DNA of 61,340 nt, counting the filler, from Hausera hauseri (taxonomy: Eukaryota): NCBI GenBank assembly GCA_046269625.1. It is 9 parts of 9 records of this genome, joined end to end, with 100 filler letters (N's around TTAATTAATTAA, not from the genome) between each part and the next. Parts side by side here need not be neighbours in the genome. Positions count along the whole stretch, not along the records: positions 8,379 to 15,807 come from JBJURY010015121.1; positions 15,908 to 21,193 come from JBJURY010290170.1; positions 21,294 to 27,221 come from JBJURY010167308.1; 6 more parts are not named here. One strand, given 5' to 3'. Both the position numbers and the translations under genes were made by a program. Shown here piece after piece: positions 13,401 to 24,439 of the stretch (the stretch's first letter is position 1; the number at the start of each line of letters is the position of its first letter). Under the pieces are notes generated by a model. That model was given only the letters and a program-made list of their open reading frames with translations, ran no database searches and was not told the origin of the DNA.

Positions 13401-14849
13401 TCACGTGGGTCACAGGTGCCCATATCCAGCAGTCACAGTGCGAGGGGCGGGGTGCACCATGGACCAGTCGCAAGTCCATCACAGGTATTAAATTATCTAT
13501 AATTTAGCCTATAATAAATTATAAACTGGTACTTAATTGAGTGGTTGCATCCTCCGAAGTCCACATTCATCAGCCGTTTATATTACTGCCCCATAATGCT
13601 GTCCCAATGTATGGGCGCTTTCTCTTGTGGCCAATGAATGATTAGCTAAACCCTAATTATCTATTTTTTTAATTGCATATTGCTAAGGCTGTGGCCTCTG
13701 TTTGCTATGGTCTAGGCTGCGGCCCCTGAACTGAAATTAGCTAAGCTATATTGCGATATATAAATGAGCTTGGATGCTAAAGTAAAAGGTAAATGGCTAA
13801 AGCTGAGGTTCTCCCTCCATGAAGCAGCTCTGTTCTCCTCCATCCCCATTCTCAGTTGCAAGCTGAGTCATATCTGAATTCTCCTTCGTGTCAATTCACT
13901 TGCGTTTCATTCACGTAACAAGACTGAACATCAGATATTGTCCAATTCACCTTCAAGCTAAATACATCTCTAGATGGCAGCATCTGTGGGACAATATCTA
14001 TTATAAAATTTATAAAAAACTTAATCTACAGTATTTTTAGTCTTGTTTTTATTGTTGAAGTAAATGTTTATAAAATGTCTTATGTTTACACAGTAAAGTG
14101 TAACAAACTGGGAGGATAGACATGATGCCAACTCAACTACTAAAATAAAAAAATACAATTATAGCTACATTTTGTAGAATTAAAATAGCTTTAAAAAGTA
14201 CCTGGTTTATGAACTTCTGGTTTGTTTTCTGTCCCTGTTGATAAAACAAAAACAACATTCAAGGTATTTCTAAGTCATTATTAGAGCATTGAGTCAAAAA
14301 TATATAGTTTAAAATGAACCTGAAATTCTAACCATTCAATTGAATGATGACAGATTTCCGTGTGAAGCTGTATTTGTCTTTATCCGTAGAAACACGTACG
14401 TAGATTTTTTGATTTTCCTGAATGTTGGAGATTTCCAGACCGCAGTTTCCTTTGGTTTTATCACCTTTCAGAATGGTCTTTTTTTTGTAGTTTGGAAGCA
14501 CACAAGTCTCATTGGGGTGAAAAACAAATGCTTGCTTGTCGTTGTCATTCTTACTACACTCACTTTTCCCTCTTGTCTTCCAGTACACCTCTATAACTTG
14601 TTGGTCGGAGGGGTGGGTAAGGGTGCATGGTATCATTAGGTTTGAGCCCCTCGGTGTTGTAAAGTTACTACTGACTTCTATTGTCCAGGCTGCATCTGCG
14701 TTAGCAAACCAACAAAAAGTATGTCATTACTAAAGTTTGTACATCAGTCATATAAGTAAAACCAATTAATTTGCTCATTGTCACCCACCATTTGCACATG
14801 ATACCAAATTCAACACGAGAGTGAGCTCAGTCAGCTTTAGCATCCGCAT
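10457..14849 (-). CDS. Teleost single-V-set Siglec/CD33/PILR-like type I membrane receptor, ~282 aa; coding exons 14849-14789, 14695-14333, 14234-14202, 13317-13273, 13170-13053, 12250-12176, 11984-11906, 10531-10457
   Basis: All seven introns are GT-AG with consistent phases and the total is 849 nt. Signal peptide MRMLKLTELTLVLNLVSCA; V-set domain (W..IPC..VYW..GNCGLEI..IYVRV); Thr/Pro stalk; TM AVCIPVVALLIIITIGIIVFI; tail with YVNF, IYINI and SIYANM. Confidence 0.88.
11140..11270 (+). mobile_element. Fish V-SINE/HE1-like SINE 5' fragment (intronic)
   Basis: tRNA-like head (tggtggttagcact...gagtttgatcc) followed by the core ctttctgtgcagactttgcatgttgtccttgtggctgcatgggttttct. Confidence 0.65.
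13360..13485 (-). mobile_element. Fish V-SINE/HE1-like SINE 3' fragment (intronic)
   Basis: A ccatccat tail and the reverse complement of the typical 3' part (ctgtgatggacttgcgactggtccatggtgcaccccgcc...). Confidence 0.6.
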
Positions 14850-15559
14850 CTGGTTTGAAAAAACATCACAGAGTTAACGGTCTAAAATTTCACAATTTCC
14901 CAACTTTATCCCCAAATGTGACAGACAAAACTACCCATATTCTTTCATTTACAAGATAGAAATAATACTCACTGTGAGCAGGACCCAAATGAGATCAGAA
15001 AGTTTTGGGTATTTTAACCTATGTCCGTTAGATCTGAGCACAGATGTAAAAATACTTGGGTCTGCTTCTTTTTACACTGCCTTGGTAATTACAAAAAAAG
15101 GAAGGAAGTTCCTCAACTAGAAACATTTTGACTACCCACAGTGACCTATGACAGAGACACACTAAACTTTTTATAAACTACCTCTGATGACAGTGAGATT
15201 ACAATGTTCAAAGTAATGAGAATGATTGTAACGCTAATGTGTGACACATAATCACAGTACACAGTTAATAAATAAATAAATAAATGTGGGTAGATAGGTG
15301 GCTCACTGGTCTGTGCACAGTGACTCAATGAAAAGTAGAGGGGAGAGACATGTGCACCATACATCTAGTGGGTTTCTGGTTTGATCCCCCGTTTCAGCCA
15401 AAAACCTTACTCAACCATCTCCGTCTGGATTTTTTTGTTTACCACATTGTTTTCCTGGACAGTCGGCCCTAAGTAGTCAGTTCTGCACCTTTGGGACCTC
15501 TATTCCTTGACTGGCACAAGACATGTATGAGGGCAACAGGGATGGTGGTGAGATGTACT

Positions 15560-15670
15560 GTGGATAGCTTCAAGGTGGTAAAGAGGTAGAAAATCCAGAC
15601 TGAGATGAGTGTCCGCAAAGGTCAAAGGAAAGATTTTCAAGAGTAGTGAGACCAGCTGTGTTGTGTCTCC
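15560..15670 (+). mobile_element. Short RTE-like LINE remnant
   Basis: Reads roughly KVKGKIFK-VVRPAVLC across a frameshift, resembling the RTE ORF2 C-terminal KGKVYKTVVRPAMLY motif. Confidence 0.35.
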
Positions 15671-15907
15671 CAATAGGGACTATACCCCTCACATTTTTGC
15701 AAATGATTGATATCTTTTCACGATACTGCACTGAAAAAAAGACATTTTTGATACAATACTGTATAATTGGGGGGGGGGGGGTAAAGGAGACAGAACTGGA
15801 AGTGAAANNNNNNNNNNNNNNNNNNNNNNNNNNNNNNNNNNNNNNNNNNNNTTAATTAATTAANNNNNNNNNNNNNNNNNNNNNNNNNNNNNNNNNNNNN
15901 NNNNNNN

Positions 15908-18900
15908 CGCGACTTCCATATTTTGCACTTCCCGCTTCTGGCATTTTTTCTCTACGTTTGAGATTATGCAATCGAGGTAGTCACGAAACGGCCTGGCGAT
16001 GCTTCCTTTTGTTACTTTTCGTTCGCCTTCTACAAGTTAGTTTTGAGCATCCTCAGTTTTACTCCGGTGGCTGAGTGCTGCTGGTTGCCGCGACTTCCAT
16101 ATTTTCCACTTCCTGCTCCTGCGTTTTTCTCTATGTTTGAGATTACACAAGAGAGGTAGTCACAAAGAGTCCTGGAGCTGTATAATTTTTACTCCTTTGT
16201 TGATTCTCTACAAGTGAGTTTTGAGGATCCTCAGATTTTGTTTCGTGGTTTGGAGTTGCTGGTTCCCGCGACTTCCATATTTTGCATTTCCACTTCACGC
16301 CTTTTCTCTACGTTTAAGATTATCCATTCGAAGACGTCACAAAATGTCCTAGAGGTGTTTCATTTCGACTCTTTACCTTGACACTCAACAAGTGAGCTTT
16401 GAGCATCCTCAGGTTTCTCCCGTGGTTCGGAGCTGCTGGTTGCCGCGACTTCCACATTTTCCACTTCCTGCTCCTCCGTTCTTCTATATGTTTAATATTA
16501 CACAATAGAGGTAGTCACAAAGTGTCCTGGAGCGGAATAATTTTTATTCCTTTGTTGATACTCTACAAGTGAGTTTTGAGCATCCTCAGATTTTGTTTCC
16601 TGGTTCGGAGTTGCTGGTTGCCGCGACTTCCATATTTTGCATTTCCACTTCAGGCGTTTTCTCTACGTTTAAGATTATCCATTCGAATACGTAACAAAAT
16701 GTCCTGGCGTTGTTTCATTTCGACTCTTTTCCTTAAAACTCAACAAGTGAGCTTTGAGCGTCCTCAGTTTTCTCAAGTGGTTCGGAGCTGCTGGTTGCCG
16801 CGACTTCCATATTTCGCACTTCCCGCTTCCGGCATATTTTCCCTACGTTTGAGATTATGCAATCGAGGTAATCACAAAACGGCCTGGCGATGCTTCCTTT
16901 TGTCACTTTTCGTTCGCCTTCTACAAGTGAGTTCTGAGCATCCTCAGTTTATTTCCCGTGGTTGAGAGCTGCTGGTTGCCGCGACTTCCATATTTTGCAC
17001 TTCCCGCTTCTGGCATTTTTTCTCTACGTTTGAGATTATGCAATCGAGGTAGTCACAAAACGGCCTGGCGATGCTTCCTTTTTTCACTTTTCGTTCGCCG
17101 TCTACAAGTGAGTTTTGAGTATCCTCAATTTTTCTCCCGTGGTTCGGAGCTGCTTGTTTCCGCGACTTCCATATTTTCCACTTCCCTCTTCTGCGATTTT
17201 CTCTATATTTTAGATTACACAATAGAGGTAGTCACAAAGTATCCTGGCGCTGTTTTTCTTTTACTTCTTTTGTTCAATTTTTACAAGTGAGCTTTGAAAA
17301 TCCTCAGTTTACTCCTGTGGTTGAGAGCTGCAAGTTGCCGCGACTTCCATATTTTGAACTTCCCGTTTCCAGCATTTTTTCTCTACGTACGAGTTTATGC
17401 AATCGAAATAGTCACAAAACTGCCTCGCGATGCTTTCTTTTGTCACTTTTCGTTCGCCTTCTAGAAGTGAGTTTTGAGCATCCTCAGTTTTTCTCCCGTG
17501 GTTCTGAGCTGCCTGTTGCCGCGACTTCCATATTTTGCACTTCCCGCTTCCGGAATTTTTTCGCTACGTTTGAGGTTATGCAATCGAGGTAGTCACAAAA
17601 CCGCCTGGCGATGCTTCCTTTTTTCACTTTTCGTTGGCCTTCTACAAGTGAATTTTGAGCATCCTCAGATTTTCTCCCGTGGTTCGGAAATGCTAGTTGC
17701 CGCCACTTCCATATTTTCCACTTGCACTTCCGGCGTTTTTCTCTGCGTTTAAGATTATACGTTCGAAATCGTCACAAAATGTCCTTGCTTTGTTTCATTT
17801 GGCTCTTTTCGTTGACCCTCAACAAGGGAGCTTTATGCATCCGCATTTTTTGGCCCGTGGTTCGGAGCTGCTGGTTGCCGCGTCTTCCATATTTTCCACC
17901 TCCCGCTTCTGTTTTTTTCTCTATGTTTGAGATTACACAATCGAGGTAGTCACATAGTATCCTGGCGCTGTTTCCTTTTTACTTCTTTTGTTTAACCTTT
18001 ACAAGTGAGCTTTGAGAATCCTCAGTTTACTCCTGTGGTTGAGAGCTGGTGTTTTTTACTATGTTTGAGATTACACAATAGGGGTAGTCACAAAACGGCC
18101 TGGCGATGCTTCCTTTTGTCACTTTCCTTTGGCCTTCTACAAGTGAGGTTTGAGCATCCTAAGTTTATTTCCCGTGGTTCGGAGATGCGGGTTGCCGCGT
18201 CTTCCATATTTTCCATTTCCCGCTTCAGCGTTTTTCTCTGTGTTTGAGATTACACAATAGAGGTAGTCACAAAGTGTACTGTACCTCATTCCTTTTCATT
18301 CCTTTGTTGATCCTCTACAAGTGAGTTTTGAGCATCCTCACTTTTTTTCCCGTGGTTGAGAGCTGCTGGTTGCAGCGAATTCCATATTTTGCACTTCCAC
18401 TTTAGACGTTTTCTCGACGTTTTAGATTATCCATTCGAGATCGTCACAAAATGTCCTGGAGGTGTTGCATTTTTACTCTTTTCGTTGACCCTCTGCACGT
18501 GTGCTTTGAGCTTCCTCAGTTTTTCTCCCGTGGTTCCGAGTTGTTCGTTGATGAAGATTTTCATATTTTCCACTTCCCCTTCCGGCGTTTTCTCTACGTT
18601 TAAGATTATCCATTAGAGGTCGTCACAAAATATCCTGGAGATGTTTCTTTTTGACTCTTATCGTTTGCCCTCTACACGTGAACTTTGAGCATCCTCAGTT
18701 TTTCTCCTGTGTTTGAGAGCTGGTGTTTTTTACTATGTTTGAGATTACACAATAGGGGTAGTCACAAAACGGCCTGGTGATGCTTCCTTTTGTCGCTTTT
18801 CGTTGGCCTTCTACAAGTGAATTTTGTGCATCCTTAGTTTTTTTCCCGTGGTTCCGAGCTGTTCCATGCTGAAGATTTCCATATTTTCCACTTCCCCTTC

Positions 18901-21193
18901 CGGTGTTTTCTCTACGTTTAAGATTATCCATTAGAGGTCGTCACAAAATATCCTGGAGATGTTTTATTTTGACTCTTATCGTTGGCCCTCTACACGTGAA
19001 CTTTGAGCATCCTCTGTTTTTCTCCCATGTTTCGGAGCAGTTCTTTGCGCGACTTCCATATTTTCCACTTTCGTTTCTGGTGTTTTTTTCTACTTTGAGA
19101 TTATTTATTCGAGGTAGTTACGAAACGTCCTGGAGATGTTTCATTTGGACTCTTCGAAGGCCCCCAAAAGTGAATTTTGAGCAACCTCAGTTTTTCTGCC
19201 GTGGTTCGGAGCTGCTGGTTGCCGCGACTTCCATATTTTGCACTTCCCGCTTCCGGAATTTTTTCTCTACGTTTGAGATAATGAAATCGAGGTAGTCACA
19301 AAACGGCATGGCGATGCTTTCTTTTGTCACTTTTCATTGGACTTCTACAAGTGAATTTTGAGCATCATCAGTTTTTCTCCCGTGATTCGGAGCTGTTCAT
19401 TGCTGAAGATTTCCATATATTCCCCTTCCCCTTCCGGTGTTTTTCTTTACGTTTAAGATTATCCATTCGAGCCGCTTTCGTTGATCCTCAACAAGTGAGC
19501 TTTGAGCATCCTCAGTTTTTCTCCCATGGTTGAGAGCTGCTGTTTGCCGGGATTTTCCTATTTCCCGCTTCCCGGTTCCTGTGTTTTGCTCTACGTTTGA
19601 GATTTTCCATTCACGTCACTCACAAAACATCCTGGAGATATTTTATTTTGACACTTTGTAGGACCTCCACAAGTGATTTTTTAGCATCCTCCGTTTTTCT
19701 CCCTTGATACAGAGCTGCTGGTTCCGCGACTTGCATATTTTCCACTTCGCGCTTTCGCCGTTTTTCTCTATGTAGGAGATTATGCAATCGAGGTATTCAC
19801 AAAACTTCCTAGCGATGCTTTCTTTCGTCACTTTTCGTTGGCCCTCTACAAGTGAGTTTTATGCATCCTCAGTTTTTCTCCCTTGGTTCGGAGCTGTTCT
19901 TTCTCGCGACTTTTATATTTTCCACTTCCCGCTTCCCGCGTTTTTTTCTATGTTTGAGATTATGCAATCGAGGTAGTCACAAAATGGCCTGGCGATGCTT
20001 CCTTTTGTCACTTTTCGTTGGCCTTCTAAAAGTGAGTTTTGAGCATCATCAGTTTTTCTCCCGTGGTTCGGAGCTGTTCATTGCTGAAGATTTCCATATA
20101 TTGCCCTTCCCCTTTCGGCGTTTTTCTCTGCTTTTAAGATTATCCTTTCGAGATCGTCACAAAATATCCTGGCGGTGTTTCATGTGGCTCTTTTCTTTGA
20201 CCCTCAACAAGGGAGCTTTAAGCATCCGCATTTTTTGGCCCGTGGTTCGGAGCTGCTGGTTGCCGCGTCTTCCATATTTTCCACCTCCTGCTTCTTCCTT
20301 TTTTCTACGTTTGAGATTACACAATAGAGGTAGTCACTGAGTGTCCTGGCGCTGTTTCACTTTTACTTCTTTTGCTGAACCTGTATAAATGGATTTTGAG
20401 TATCCTCAGTTTTTCTCCCGTGGTTGAGTGCTGCTGGTTGTCGCGACTTCCATATTTGCACTTCCCGCTTCCGGCATTTTTTCTCTACGTTTGAGATTAT
20501 GCAATCGAGGCAGTCACAAAATGTCCTGGCGATGTTTCATTTTGACTCTTTTCTTTGACCCTCAACAAGTGGGTTTTGAGAATCCTCAGTTTTTCTCCCG
20601 TGGTTCGGAGCTGCTGCTTGCCGCGACTTCCATATTTTCCACTTCCCTCTTCTGCGTTTTCTTCTATGTTTGAGATTACACAATAGAGGTAGTCACTAAG
20701 TGTCGTGGCGCTGTTTCACTTTTACTTCTTTTGTTGAACCTGTACAAGTGGATTTTGAGCATCCTCAGTTTTTGTCCTATGGTTGAGAGCTGCTGGTTGC
20801 CGCGACTTCCATAATTTGTACTTCCCGTTTCCGGCATTTTTTCTCTCTTTTGACATTATCCACTCTAGGTGATCACACAATGTCCTGGAGATGTTTCATT
20901 TTGACTCGTTTCGTTGACCCTCTACACGTGAACTTTGAGCATCCTCAGTTTTTCTCCCGTGGTTCGGAGCAGTTCTTTGCGCGACTTCCATATTTTCCAA
21001 TTTCGCTTCTGGTGTTTTTTTCTACTTTGAGATTATTTATTCAAGGTAGTTACGAAACGTCCTGGAGATGTTTCATTTGGACTCTTCGAAGGCCCCTAAA
21101 AGTGAATTTTGAGCATCCTCAGTTTTTCTGCCGTGGTTCGGAGCTGCTGGTTGCCGCGACTTCCATATTTTGCACTTCCCGCTTCCGGAATTT
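15908..21193. repeat. Tandem satellite, ~178-180 bp monomer, ~30 diverged copies (whole contig)
   Basis: The anchor acaagtgag recurs at ~16031, 16209, 16387, 16564, 16742, 16922, 17103, 17282 and onward. Conserved blocks include gagcatcctcagttttt, gctggttgccgcgacttccatatttt and gaggtagtcacaaaa. The ORFs listed here are repeat read-through. Confidence 0.97.
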
Positions 21194-21293
21194 NNNNNNN
21201 NNNNNNNNNNNNNNNNNNNNNNNNNNNNNNNNNNNNNTTAATTAATTAANNNNNNNNNNNNNNNNNNNNNNNNNNNNNNNNNNNNNNNNNNNN

Positions 21294-22997
21294 GAAATGC
21301 TTTAAAGCGAGAACGGTGGATAATAGTTCTCGATCAAACGTTGAATATCTGGTTTCAGGGGATGTTAGCTTGCGAGAGAAAAATTCTAGTGGTTGATTTT
21401 CTCCCTTGTAAATCTGGTAGAGTACAGCGCCTAATACAGTGATTGACTCGTCTGTAGTAAAGATGAGCTCTGCATCAGGCTTGGGGAAAGAGAGAATACC
21501 GACGGTCTTAATTCCTTCGCGTAGTTTATCAAATTTGTCAACCAATTCAGGTGTCCACTGGATTGGTTGATGTTTTTTGCCGCCGCTTAGGTGTGCGAAT
21601 GGTGCTGTTAATTCGGAGCAATATGGTACATATTTATGTACAAAGTGTAGTGTACTAAGGAAGCTGCGCATTTCGGTGGTTGTACGTGGCAACTGGATAT
21701 TTTTAAGAGCTTCGACTCGGTCTGGTTGGGGAGAATGACCGTGTGGTGAAATAACGTGGCCTAAAAAGTTAATGCGCTTTTGAAGAAATGGCATTTGTCC
21801 AAATTGACTTGGAGATAATGGTGGTTAAGACGTTGGAATATTGCGCGAAGGTGTTCCTCGTGTTGCTTGGCCGAAGATAAAACGACCAGAATATCATCGA
21901 TATAAGGGTGTACAAACGGGAAATCTGAGAGAATGGAATCAATGTGCCACTGAAAAGTTTGTGCAGCATTCCGCAAACCGAATGGCATAAACAGGTATTC
22001 ATAGAGACCAAAAGGAGTAGTGACAGCAGGTTTTTATATGTCTTTGGGTGCCACCGATATTTGATGATATGCTTTAGCTAAATCAATGGTCAAATAAATG
22101 GTGGTCGAATTAAGACAATGCAAGATATCCTTGATGAGGGGTAAAGGGTACGCATTCATGATAGTCAAGTTGTTCAGCTGTCGGTAGTCGCCACATGGTC
22201 TAAAAGTACCATTCTTTTTGTACAACGTGTAAAGGTGATGACCAAGGAGATTTGGAACGGCGTACTATGCCGGAACGTTCTAGTTCAAGAAATTCAGCTT
22301 CTACGGCCTGTCTACGACGAGGTGACAGAGGTCGTACATTTTGTCGTGTTAAACGTTGATGTTGTGTAACTATGCGGTGTAAAGTATTGCTTGAAGGAGT
22401 AAACGTACAATCTTTTTTAAGTACGCGTAAACATGATGTGTTGATGAATTGCTGTAAAGTTGTAGGTAACTGTGAGAGATTTGGTGGAAGTGGTGAAACA
22501 GCTTGAGTAGTAGCAAATGCTATTTGTAAGTTGTTTGGTGATGTGGAAAAGAATGGTATTTGGTTTAAGATGGTCGAATTGAAAATGGTGTTGGATGAAG
22601 TGATTTCGTCGAATGAATTAACGTTGGTGGTAGTACCAGAATTATCGACATAGAACCTCAATCGAATATTAATATTATTATTTAAAAATTTACAAAATGA
22701 GTTATTATTATGGAAATTCGAATTATTCATTGATTTTTTCAAGATTGACCTCCGCGTCTTGGTCGACTGCGCGGTAGTCGAAATGCTATTGACATGCCAA
22801 GAAATGTCGCCAGTGGTGCCGTTCCTCAAACATCGCTGACTGCAGTCAACCAATAAATTATAATGTGATAAGAAATCAAATCCTAGAATTGCCGTCTGGA
22901 CGTTAGTGACTGTGAACGTCCAGTGTAAGGGTGAAGGAAATTTTGGTAAGATGAAGTGCATTAGCCAGAGTTTGCCGTGACTTCTGGCGGCGAACAT
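21294..22997 (-). mobile_element. Ty3/gypsy pol (partial protease, RT, RNase H), degenerate
   Basis: Protease C-half (WTFTVTNVQTAILGFDFL); RT motifs SKSPWSSPLHVV, RPCGDYRQLN, IDLAKAYHQI, MPFGLRNAAQTFQ, YIDDILV and FLGH; RNase H TTDES..LGAVL and YSTFDRELL. The catalytic DTG half of the protease is absent. Confidence 0.95.
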
Positions 22998-24243
22998 AGT
23001 TTTTTTGAAAGGGTGAACTAAAACGACTATTAGAAGGAAAGGTAGTACGTCCGTCGTTCGTATTGGATTTGGAAGTGCAGACTGGAATGCACTTACGAGC
23101 TTGGTTTTAGAACCTTGCGCGGTAGATGCAAACTAGGGTTTTTTAGGAAAAACTGTTGTTATAAAATTTGCACCCTAGGCAGCACTTTTGAGCACTGGTG
23201 TTAAATATGCTGTGGTAATAACAGATCGACGAACGCGCAGGCGATGGTGAGCGGTTTCTAGACGCAGAACCAATGCGGTCAGTGACAAAATCCCCTCGGT
23301 GTAACAGAGAAAGTTCTTTTGATTTATTATTAATATTGTTGATTGTTGCGTGTAGTGCAGTATTTTCAGCACGTAGCTGATTAAGCTGTTGTTCTATTGA
23401 TGTGTTATTGGTTTGAATATCGTTAGCGGCAACTGCTGCCGAAACAATTGGTGTGGAATTTACGTGTAGAACGTCGTGTGTCCTATCGGCTAATTCGGCC
23501 AATTTCTCAAGAGGCGTGGAGTCCTCCACCACGGCAAGTAGGGCTCGGATTTGGATGGGTAACGCGTTAAGGAAGTAGTGGCGCAGTAGTTCTGGGTTTT
23601 GTTCTTTAGTGACGCCGAGGGTATGTAAATGTGCCAAAGAGGTGCGCAAGAATTCTGATGGTCGTTGCGTGCCTATAGCATTGTCATGGAAAAAACGTTG
23701 TATGATCGTGTCCATGGAGGGTTCTGTGATCTTAAGGACGGCGTTGAAGAGTTGGGGATATGGGTTAGGAAGTTCAGAGATTTCGATGATGTTGTGAATT
23801 CGTGTTTTGATGTTATTAGAAAGTAAGAAGAGAAGATTGTGTGCCTTGGTTAAAGAATCAGTAATATTATTTGCCTGTAGCCATAGTTGATAAAATTGCA
23901 ACCACGTTTTGCTAGAGGCTTGGTTGTCAATAAAGAATTCGGTGCACTGAGGGAAAGGAGCGGAAGAGGTCATAGGTGAGAGGTTGCTAGCAGGGGCAGG
24001 AATGGGTTTTTGAAGCAATATAACAGATTTTGGTTTCGTGGTGGTTTTATCTGTGATGTCTATGGTTGGTGATGAGTTCATGCCACCACGGGTATGGAAA
24101 TGTATGTGAAGACAAGTATGGTTTGAGAAAGATGGTAGATTTCCAGTGAGAGGTACTATAGATCCTTTATATGTGAGGTAAAAATTAGAAGAGTGAAGTG
24201 AGAAGGAGATAAAGTTACGAATGGTTGCAATATGTAAATGCAA
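22998..24243 (-). mobile_element. Ty3/gypsy gag (CsRn1/Kabuki-like) with an N-terminal ubiquitin-like extension and two C-terminal Zn knuckles
   Basis: Gag core (IGTQRPSEFL, FLNALPIQIRALL, LAELADR) and ICYYHSIFNTSAQKCCLGC. In frame past two stops is a second knuckle, VCIYRARF*NQARKCIPVC, then a CAAAAAAAC slippery-like site near 23000. Confidence 0.88.
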
Positions 24244-24439
24244 TGTAATGTACGTGTGTGTTTATTATTGAGAAAAAGAAAAATGAATAGGGAAGAGGTT
24301 ATGTGCCCGGGGGCGTGTTGTGGGGCTGACGCAAAAGGTGCCGTCTGGCCGACGGTGCAGGGTTAACGGCTGGGACCTCCGCCCCGCCGCGACGGGTCCA
24401 AAATTGCAGGGTGACCGACCTCCCCACCTGTATCGTTTT

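Noticed and set aside
15908-21193. Many overlapping ORFs with repeated RSCWLPRLPYF-type peptides; superficially CRISPR-like periodicity
   Set aside because: The whole monomer repeats with no unique spacers, frames break constantly and no cas genes are present. It is satellite DNA.
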